Source: Dendrobates tinctorius (Eukaryota). Taken from it: a stretch of 64,000 nucleotides of DNA. The notes beneath the pieces are model-generated. The model had not been told where the DNA came from and searched no databases. It saw only the letters and a program-made list of their open reading frames with translations. Made by a program: the position numbers and the translations under genes. This document shows positions 54,523-64,000 of this stretch, piece after piece. The stretch's first letter is position 1, and every line of letters begins with the position of its first letter. The stretch lies in assembly GCF_039654945.1 (NCBI RefSeq), contig NW_027361692.1, forward strand, positions 2,728,001 through 2,792,000, read 5' to 3'.

Positions 54523-55863
54523 TTAAGATGAATAAGATTTTCAATATTCTATTTAGAAGCCAGATTAGTATATTACACAAAGTTAGATTTCGACTTGCTG
54601 CAATACTTGCTGAAAATTCCTCCAAGGCTGGACTATCCATTTATTATATACAGTATACTGTATGAGATCTTTCAACTGTACTAACCATGTAACTGTGTGT
54701 CATATTCATTGATGGTTATTTTTCTAGGCAGCTTTATATATAAAACCAATATGGCATTGATTCCAAGAGAGATATGTTTTGATCTAAGCAATACTGTTGG
54801 ATTGTATATACAGGTTTGCTTTCTACCTGATCTTAATTTGAAAACCATGCCTTATTATCATGCAAAATGCATTTTTTGATGCCTACACACCATCTGCAGT
54901 TGGCATAGTTCTTTCAAACAGATTACATTGCTTATTAGAAAAAGCTGCAAAAAAAAGAAAAAAATTGTAAAGAATTGATAAGCTTTAGATTTTATTAATG
55001 ATGAAAACTTATAAAAGATAAACTTTAATGGCAAACAAATCCTAATGTTACATAGTGTGCCATTGTGTGAATTTTGGAAATTATATTACTTAATACAAAG
55101 AAAATATTCATTTTAGTTGAAAAGGAAACAAAATCCAATTCGAAATGTGAAATTCACCTATACACTATGTACACTATATTATAAAGACATAGAACATGGC
55201 AACACTGACTATTTGTTACTATTGTATCAGGCGATAAAGCCTTTTATTTGTAGATATTGTTCTGTAGTCAAAAGTTATTGTCTCTCATTGAAAAATGTAC
55301 TTTTCACTAAATAATTAAAAAATGCTTATTTAAGTTACATGAAGGGTATTTTTCCTGATTATATTTATGAGGAAATTTTCAGGTTTTTAATTAGCAATAT
55401 TTATTTATATAGTTAGAGAATTTCAAGTTATACAAGTTGTTGGTTGCTTTTTCATGGCTTCTATTATTTAAATCTCTGTTACATAGTCATGTCTCCTCTT
55501 AGACCTACCAGTTTAGAAGTCTACCAGTTTAGAAGTCAATGTGATGCTTGCTCTACACTTCTCTTGATGTTCCAGCTGATATAAATGTGCGTTCACCATC
55601 TCCTATCAGACATATAGACGTGCAAGCTGCAAGTAAGAAAATTCAGCTCAGAAATCGCCTTCAAGGGAATAAGTACTGCTGACCAGGAACTAAATACAAA
55701 TGCCATTCCAAAGTGCAAATGTAGGAAGACTGGGTGGTTGAGAATATGGAGGAGGGAATATAGTAACTACAGAACAAAACTATACATAGGATTGTTTCTG
55801 TATTTGTATTTTACAAATGCTAGGGTATTTGTATTGATGACTGTTTGCAAAATGCTACATCTA

Positions 55864-56782
55864 GGCTGTGTGCCCAAGTTGCATTTTTTAAGCGTTTTTG
55901 CTGCTTTTTTCCGCAGCAGAAACGCTTAAAAAACGCTAACAAAATGCATCCCATGCAATCCTATGGAATTCCGCAGTTGTGCCCATGCTGCGGATTTTAT
56001 CGCTGCGGAACCGCATAGAGGTAAAATCCACAGCATGTTCATTATTTCTGCAGAATCGTGGTGATTCCGCTGCCATGGGATTGCATTGAAACGCTCACCT
56101 TATGCATGTGGCTATGCCCACCATGCATAAAGTGAGCGCTTCATGTGCGGATGGTACCCAGGGTCTGGAGGAGAGGAGACTGTCTCCATGACCTGGGTAC
56201 CATATACCTCTAAAAAATAGAATTAAAATAAAAAACCTGGATATACTTACCCTCTGATGGTCCCTGGAGCTATCCCGCCTCTTAGCCACGCTGCCAGCAT
56301 CTTCCGCTCCCAGGGATGCATTGCGCGAATCACCCCAGATGACGTCACAGTCGCGTGACTGCTACGTCATCTGAGGTGATTCTCGCAATGCATCCCTGGG
56401 AACGCCACTTGCCGACAGCGTCGCTGAGGGCCGGGGGGGCCGACAGAGGGTAAGTATATCCCTATATTTTTTATTTTTTTATTATTTTTTACATTCTATC
56501 TTTTACTATTGATGCTACATAGGCAGCATCAATAGTAAAAAGGTGGTCACACGTGTCAAGCACTATGCTTGACAAGTGTGACCAACCTGTTAATCACCTT
56601 TCAAAGCGATGCTTCAAATCACTTGGAAAAGCGCAAGCATTCTGCAAGCTAAAAATGCTTGCAAAACGCTTGTGTTTTGTGGGAAAATGCATGCGAATTC
56701 CGCATGCGTTCTACCCACAGCAGGGACTTGCGGAAATGCTGCGGACATTTCCGCAGCATTTCTGCAATGTGGGCACTTAGCC
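55864..56782. mobile_element. Harbinger-type MITE with internal palindromes
   Basis: GGCTGTGTGCCCA ... TGGGCACTTAGCC with CTA/TTA flanks; central hairpin GGGATGCATTGCG...CGCAATGCATCCC. Confidence 0.75.
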
Positions 56783-57084
56783 TTATAATGTATAAAACTA
56801 TACAGACCTTTTAAATGGATTTTATCATTCTATACTGACTGAGGCCTAAGCTAAAAATATAACCTGTTAGGGCGGATGTAGATGAAAAAAAATCATATTC
56901 TCTACCTTTATTATGGAGATCTGAAGTTTAATCAAATAGAGTCCTTGATGCACCCTTGGTGTGCTTAAACAGCTTATTGCACCATTCTGCCTACATGTCT
57001 TGCCTCTGCCTCTCTCACTGGTGACTGATAGCACTTGCTTGCCTGGAGCAAGCAATGTCTGCACAGAATGCTCAGATAAGCCAG

Positions 57085-58003
57085 TGGTAGGGTGGGCAGA
57101 TCGCACTAAATAAAATAAATAATAAAGTGCAATCGCAACCCGGGGTCCACTGTGCAGAGATGTAAAACTGCAGCTAATGTGACCAATGATGAACAAAAGA
57201 CAGTGAGCAAACTCCTTAATAGGACTGCTTTAACTTCACGCAGTATGAACAGAATGCACAATACTCAGTTCTGTTAGCTTCACAGAGAGGTAGAACTAAA
57301 GGGTTGCGCTCACTCTGTAACTGACCCATGCCAATCACACACGTGGCTGAAACAGATGCTGAATCACAAAAAAAATACAAAAACTGATGCTAACTACAAA
57401 CCCTATAGACTTCACAGGGGAGCACAGCTCTATGGTAGAAACTTGCCCTGTATGTCCACTGTGCTAACTGCACACATGTGGGAAACAAATGCTAAGCCAA
57501 GCGGGTGCAAAAAGCCCTAACTGGCTAAAACTCAAGAGGTAATTAATCACACACATGCATACAGAGTGGTAGCGTATCCACTCACACACACCAACCATTA
57601 ATGACACTAGTGCACCGGCGTGCACCTTTGAGAGCCTTTTATACATTAGGCTCATGTCCAGACGAACAGGACCTTGCCTGTGGACCAATACGGGGCAGCC
57701 ATATCACCTGAGCAGCTGACGTCCGACCTCCATTAGGAAGACGCCACATCACGGACATGCTCAGTAAGAAGATTTCTGGACTTAGACTCCAGAGGGTAGG
57801 GCTGCCTCTGTATACCACTGGTTACCATAGACTTAACTGGAGACCCAGCAACAACCAAGAGTGTTGCACTAGTCTCAGTAAGATGCTGGGACCGACATCT
57901 GTGCTGAGCATCAATCTGAGCGACCGAACCCGAATGGGAGACCACAGAGACAGATAAGGCTTGGGATCCATCCTTTGCAGTGGGAAAATCATGGCGCCTA
58001 ACA
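57085..58003. mobile_element. Solo LTR, same family as 18802-20279, opposite orientation
   Basis: Ends ...GGCGCCTAACA; CCAG(T) on both sides; both ends align with the rc of the 18802 copy. Confidence 0.72.
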
Positions 58004-60383
58004 CCAGTGCTGTCAATCACCAATGACGGAGCTAGTGGGTGTGCTACAATGGTGCATCTAGTTTCTTGGTTACTTGAAGGGTGCACGAAGCATATTTGAT
58101 TAAACCTTGCAGACTGGAGGTGGTGATTCGAGCACTAAAAAAGGATTTTTAAAGGGGCTATAGCTGGGTGCTTTGATAGTACTGTCAGTGTGGGCTGGAA
58201 GACCTCCTAAAAATCTGAAGTTTAGAAATGAGTGAATCTGACAAAATTCTAATAAACCAAATCATGTCGATTTTACAGGGAAATTTTATTTGCAGCCAAG
58301 ATATTTACTGTGAATTGAATGTTCCTTACAGTACACTAATGTATTGCTAAACTCTGGAGAAAAAGAAATGTATGATGTAACAAAAAACAGAACAAACTTA
58401 CTGCTTACCTGTCCTACCATCCTTGCACTCTTCTTCTTCTTTGGCCATCATGCACATTCATTTCCCATCCTGTCCATACCTATTGGCCATCACACCCGCC
58501 GTCTCCATCCAAGACTGGTATGGTAGATTGATTAGGTCTCACAGGTCACTGTGTACCATGACTTCAGCCGAGTAATGCACATCGTGATGCCTTACATTCT
58601 GACAACATGTGACGCATTGGCCTAGTTGACCTGGAAGACCTGTACGGTAAGACCCTGGAGAGAATGTGTGCCACATCTGTATAAGATGGTGGGACAGCTG
58701 AGCAGTGAGGTGAGTATTTTTATAACTTTGTTTTAACTATTTAAGTGGACCTTTATGATTAAGCAAAACTGGCATAAAAGCTTTGAAATGTTGCTAAGGA
58801 GAGTTGAATATTTTTTTTATTTTTTTGACTATTGACATGTTCACGATAGTTTTAATAAGCTCTGTTAAAATGGGCAAAGCTGGGGAAGAGCTGAAATTGG
58901 ACTAGGGCATGTCTGCCCATCAAGTCATCAACGATGAATGATGGCATTTTTGTTCCCAGAAAAGCTACTCCTTCTCCCTGACTTGAGTAGCATTTATGGC
59001 GAGGCACACGGAAGCACACACCACTCAGAAGAGATGCCATATTCATTAAGAAGCTTTTGACTCCTTCTGAATTTGTCATTTTCTACTCCAGCAAAACTTA
59101 CATAGAGCAAGCGTATGCTATGCCAGTCTTGAGGAATCTGTGCTGTCATCCTTTACCTGCATTGACCTAGAAAGAAATGCAATAATCTAATGCAAAGGGT
59201 GAACAAAATAAGAATTATATATAAAGAGAATAATAACATGGTTGACTAGGAATTAGATATTGATGGTCTAACCTTAAATTATGTCTTCAGTGTTAGTGAT
59301 AAAGCTGACACCCCTATCTAGCAGCTGTTTGCAGGACCTTTTTATCAGCTAGAGGTAAAGAATGTATGGAACCAACACACCACAGGTTTGTACACTGAAT
59401 ACACAATGGGGACACAACAGTGACAGGCACCAGCTGATTTGTGAAGGTGCATGGTGTCGGACCTGTGTCAATTTGATATTAATAAAATCTATCAAGGATC
59501 TATCAGTATCTATGCCCTGGACAGCAGCTTATTGAACACATTTTTTACCATAATGAAACAATACATTTTTTTATTATATTATTCAATTTTCATGTTTTTG
59601 TAAATAACAAAAATGGGAAAAAAATCAAAATAATAAAAAGGAAACCACAGAACTGTTGTTGGCAAACACATATTAGCAATTTCAGTACATATCTGCTAGC
59701 TCTCTGTCCTTGAGGTCTGAGACATCAACACTGACATCATAAAAGTTTTATTGCCTTCAGCTCTTGTCTCCAAGGGATGCAAAAAGAGAATGAAGGTGGA
59801 CAATAAAGGTATTTTTTTCTGATAATGGATGTAAATTAACCTCATATTTTATAAATGGAACAATTCCACTTTTTATCTTTAGTTGTGGTCATTTTACCTT
59901 ACCTAATGTGATTTATTTAGTGGATACATATTAAGAAGCTGGTAGCAAGCCCATTACTGAAGACCACTTCCAGAAGTTGTAAATTATTAACTAGTGGTTG
60001 ATCGATAAATGTCAGACATGCAGTATTTGGATAATATACTGTACCATTCACTTCATGCTAATATAATAAGGTACAACATTGTGAATGCTTTTTTTTGTGG
60101 CGCAATGGTCTTTTTCAATAATTAATTACCTGTTATTGGTCACCTGAAAGTCAGGGTTTGGAGCCCTGTTGAATCAAATTATTGGTGAATAAATGAAAAT
60201 GGGGCATTTATCTAATAGAATAAAAATGTCTTATGCCTTGGGACGGAAATATTTATTAAATCTAATATTTTCTTAATCTTCCATATTGTACCTCTTTATT
60301 TCACTTTTTGTATTCATCATAACAACATCCTTGGAAAAGCTTCTCTCTGAAAATATTCTCTAAAATTGCCTCAAAGTACGCAT

Positions 60384-60980
60384 TGTAACAATTGTACTCA
60401 CTCAGCTGCGTAGGAGGAAACAGGAGGCACATTCTCTTCACCGTCCATGTGAGTTTATTTGCTCCATAAACCATCAAATCCACAACAAATCCACAACAAA
60501 AGAGGTTAACAACAGTCTTTACATCAGGCAGACACTGCATCAATGTCCATAGGATTCTCCTTCTCTGAACACAGACCACTCTGTAGTGTCCCACCTGGAC
60601 ACATGGAAATCTGTGCACACTGCCAGACTCCCAAACACTAACTGCCCAGTGCTAAACACACCTCAATTACATAACTGGTAACCACACCCACAGGTGAGGT
60701 ATGGATCACATGGGCTGTCACATGGTTATGACCTCACTGGAGGTCCTGAAACTTACAACCACACAGGCTTCATTAGGTATTCAGACACACACCCCTTGGG
60801 TGGGTATGTAGGTGACTGGACCCACCCATATCTCCAAGTCACCTGGAAGCCTTCCAATGTATAGCAAAAACCCTCAGCAGTAGATCTGCTGAGCAAAACA
60901 TGCCCAGGATTCCATCACAGGGCCACCCACTTCTGCGATACACACTGCCCATCAATGACATGACCAGTCATCATGCCACA
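60384..60980 (-). repeat. Putative 3' LTR (597 bp) of an FXR1-carrying retroelement
   Basis: The minus strand begins TGTGGC immediately after the purine tract AGAAGGGGGAAA (60994-60983), contains AATAAA (~60458) and ends TTACA. Confidence 0.6.
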
Positions 60981-61294
60981 TATTTCCCCCTTCTGTTTAA
61001 ACCTGTGGGGTTGAACACTTGTACTAAACCGAGGGCATCGAGACAGGGCACCCATGTCACCTTGCCCTACAAGTCAAAAAGACCATCTCAGTCTGTTTTG
61101 GACGTCATTCAGCATCACATCTTTGTTAGGCCACCCCCACCTCCAGCGGTCAGTATGTCGGCCTTGGGCTTAAGCCTTGGAGTCACCATCTGCCTGTGTC
61201 ACCAGACCCTTTTTAGTCAACCTACTTTCCAAATGTGCCTTTTCACATGACCTTTCTTTCCATGGCCGCTTCCCACGGTTGTTGTGGTCATGAG

Positions 61295-62623
61295 TAGGGA
61301 TGAGCGAGTATACTCATTAGGATTCGGTACTCACTGAGTAATGCAGTACTCGCGGGACTTGAATCCTGGCTAGTAAATTTCACTACTCTCCTCTCAATAT
61401 TTGGCACAGCCTGCATAGTCCCCGCACAGCCCAGCACAGTCCCACACAGCCCAGCACAGTCCCCGCACAGCCTGGCACAGTCCTGCACAGCCTGGCACAG
61501 TCCCGCACAGCCCGGCACAGTCCCGCACAGCCCGGCACAGTCCTGCACAGCCCAGCACAGTCCCGCACAGCGCCGCACAGTCCCCACACAGTCTCCGCAC
61601 AGCCCGGCACAGTCCCGCACAGCCGGCACAGTCCCCGCACAGCCCTGCACAGTCCCGCACAGTTCCTGCACAGTCCCTGCACATCCCGGCACAGTCCCGC
61701 ACAGCTGGCTCAGTCCCCGCACAGCCCAGTACAGTCCCGCACAGACCGGCACAGAGCCCACACAGTCCCTGCACAGCCCAGCACAGTCCCCACACAGTCC
61801 AGCACAGTCCCGCACAGCCCAGCACAGTCCCCACACAGCCCGGCACAGTCCTGCACAGCCTGGCACAGTCCCGCACAGCCCGGCACAGTCCCGCACAGCC
61901 CGTCACAGTCCCTGCACAGCCCAGCACAGTCTCCGCACAGTCCGGCACAGTCCCGCACAGCCGGCACAGTCCCCGCACAGCCCTGCACAGTCCCGCACAG
62001 TTCCTGCACAGTCCCTGCACATCCCGGCACAGTCCTGCACAGCTGGCTCAGTCCCCGCACAGCCCAGTACAGTCCCGCACAGCCCGGCACAGAGCCCACA
62101 CAGTCCCCGTACAGCCCAGCACAGTCCCCGCACAGCTCAGCATAGTCCCACACAGCCCAGCACAGTCCACCTACAGCCCAACACAGTCCCACACAGCCCA
62201 GCACAGTCCCCGCACAGTCCCGCACAGGCCGGCACAGTCCCCGCACAGCCCAGCACAGTCCCGCACAGCCCGGCACAGTCCACGCACAGCCCAGCACAGT
62301 CCTGCACAGCCCGGCACAGTCCCTGAACAGTCCTCGCACAGCCCAGCAAAGTCCCGCACAACCCGGCACAGTCCCCGCAAAGCCTAGCACAGTTCCGCAC
62401 AGCCCGGCACAGTCCTCACACAGTCCCGACACAGCCCAGCACAGTCCCGCACAGCCCAGCACAGTCCCGCACAGGCCAGCACAGCTCCGCACACACATAG
62501 CCCAATAATCGCATTTCCCATAGACTTACATTGGACTCGCTACTCGTAACGAGTACCCAAGTATTTGGAGCTACTCATAATGAGTACAGCGAGTCTGAGT
62601 ATTTCACTACTCGCTCATCCCTA
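61295..62623. mobile_element. Non-autonomous hAT element filled with a minisatellite
   Basis: TIR TAGGGATGAGCGAGTA / TACTCGCTCATCCCTA; 8-bp TSD GTCATGAG. Confidence 0.9.
61404..62490. repeat. 10/11-bp GC-rich minisatellite (GCACAGTCCC / GCACAGCCCG)
   Basis: About 100 degenerate units; explains the spurious Cys/Gly/Ala-rich ORFs. Confidence 0.95.
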
Positions 62624-62639
62624 GTCATGAGTCCACCAT

Positions 62640-63879
62640 CCATTCGAGCCTACTGGCTAATCTGAGTCTGACCCTTTGTCACTACGTCCACTACCTGGTC
62701 TCTTGCTTAAGCTACTGAGCCCTGAGTTAACAGAGGAATCACCACCTTTAACCCCCTTTGCTTCAGACCACGTACTGCCAGTCTCAAGAGAAACCCCTCA
62801 TCTCTCCATGTCCTGGGCTGGAAGCAGTCACCATCTTCTTTCCAACTCCTGTAGCTGTATATTAATCTGCATTTTTTCCCAGATCAGCTGCTCTACCTCT
62901 TGTAGGTACGTCAGCCGATATTCCAGGAGCATGCGGAGGTTCCTAATGTTTTCCACTGAGCCAACAACAACAAAAGGAACCATGTCATCTTCCCCAGCTA
63001 TCTGGACTTAAGTCACCAGTGGAATCTTCACTCTCACCACACCAGATCTATTCACACGCTCTTGCATCACCTTTCCAAGTCTTCCAATGACTTTCCCCAC
63101 CAGATTTCTGGATACCGGAATGATGTCTTCCACAAAGCGATTTTGAGCTTCCCTTGGAAGCTCCAGATGTCGAGTGGATTCCTTATTCCTTAACATGATC
63201 ATCTGTTTCATGTGGAGGCATTGTAGTTGCATATCCTTCAGGACAGCCACCCGCTTCACTGTGACTTCACTAGTCGACAGTACGACCTACTGCTGAGTCT
63301 CAGGCGCCCAGTGCACACTACATGCTTTGACCACCTTTTTAAAGGCCTCATGCACATCCTTAGTGGCACGCGGTTCTCGCATGTCTTCTCGCATGCACTT
63401 GAAACCAGAAGTCTTACCTTCTTGAACATACTGTTGGACCACCTCGTCCTGAGAGTCAGCACAGTTTTCCAAGATATCGATCTCCCTTGTGTGGCCGTCT
63501 GCATGGCAATTTCCCTGCTGCATTCTTTCCCTGGGGAGGCCCCTTCTTTGGTCAGCCTCTCCAGCTCACTCTCCTTCATTGCGATCAGATCGGGACAGTG
63601 CAACAGTTTGATTTCCCAGTCATCCGTGGATTTCTGGAGCTGGGCATTAGTCTCCTCTATTTTGAGCTCTCGGAGAACTTTATCTCTCTCCTCTGCCAGG
63701 CAGTGATGCTCATCCTCTCTCTGGAGAAGCTCCAGCTCATGCTTCTCTTGGGCCTCTCTGAGCACCTCCATATCTTTCATTATGGCCTTATTCATAGTTT
63801 GACACTCTGACAGGTGACCTCTTAACTCAGAGACTTCCTTCTCCAGCTCATCCACTCTGTGCTCAGCTGCTTGTCTTAA
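62640..63879 (-). pseudogene. FXR1-like: Intronless FXR1/FMR1-family-derived ORF (KH0, KH2, NES, part of C-core) fused to an N-terminal coiled coil; in-frame stops and one frameshift
   Basis: One frame reads FKC..EDMRE...HEAFKKVVKAC..PETQQ*VVLSTSEVTVKRVAVLKDM..RNKESTRHLE..FVEDIIPVSRNLVGKVIGRLGKVMQE.V..SGVVRVKI...MVPFVVVG..ENIRNLRMLLEYRLTYLQEVEQL..EKMQINIQLQEL, colinear with FXR1 as I recall it. Confidence 0.85.
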
Positions 63880-64000
63880 GCCCCCGTCACACACGGCGAT
63901 CTCACTAGCGAGATCGCTGCTGAGTCACAAGTTTTGTGATGCAACAGCAATCTCACCAGCGAGATCGCTGTGTGTGACACCTATCAGCGACCGGCCCCCC
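63880..64000. mobile_element. Start of a Harbinger-type MITE (truncated by window end)
   Basis: GCCCCCGTCACACAC...AGCGAGATCGCT motifs similar to 22323-22717. Confidence 0.6.

Larger units (their letters stand above)
60384..63879 (-). mobile_element. Putative LTR retroelement carrying a coiled-coil::FXR1-like ORF (5' part outside window)
   Basis: Intronless FXR1-like sequence directly upstream of the PPT and LTR; interrupted by a hAT MITE and a Harbinger MITE. Confidence 0.55.

Noticed and set aside
55503-55631. Possible host coding exon (AG...GTAAG bounded)
   Set aside because: Stops in all frames, a 16-bp tandem duplication, no recognisable protein.
61288-62498. Cys/Gly-rich ORFs resembling keratin-associated or metallothionein proteins
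   Set aside because: Translations of a 10/11-bp minisatellite inside a hAT MITE, open in several frames.
62640-63420. The host FXR1 locus
   Set aside because: No introns, Agenet and KH1 missing, in-frame stops, retroelement-like flank.

Overview
Eukaryotic, repeat-saturated, gene-poor window, most consistent with an anuran (frog) genome. I can support no intact host gene. It is a stack of nested transposable elements. (1) A 26.3-kb hAT element (26973-53261; TIR TAGAGTTGAGCGA, 8-bp TSD TTCTCAAG) sits inside a Tc1 relic. It carries a disrupted BED/DDE/hATC transposase, a degenerate 18S rRNA fragment, three internal tandem arrays (135-bp x ~62, 118/123-bp x ~14, 261-bp x ~3.4) and an internally duplicated coding module. 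A self-priming chromoviral Gypsy and a near-full-length CR1 LINE have both inserted at the same site of the 135-bp monomer. (2) At the right end, an LTR retroelement has, directly upstream of its PPT and 3' LTR, an intronless coiled-coil::FXR1-like ORF (KH0 + KH2 + NES, with KH1 cleanly missing) instead of pol/env. Also present: a DD34E Tc1 with an open transposase ORF, a DD35E Tc1-like relic, a DUF4817-type mariner deletion derivative, piggyBac-like non-autonomous elements, Penelope remnants with hammerhead-like motifs, solo LTRs, several MITEs and a ~400-bp inverted duplication bracketed by piggyBac-like ends. All homology calls come from reading motifs by eye; no searches were run.
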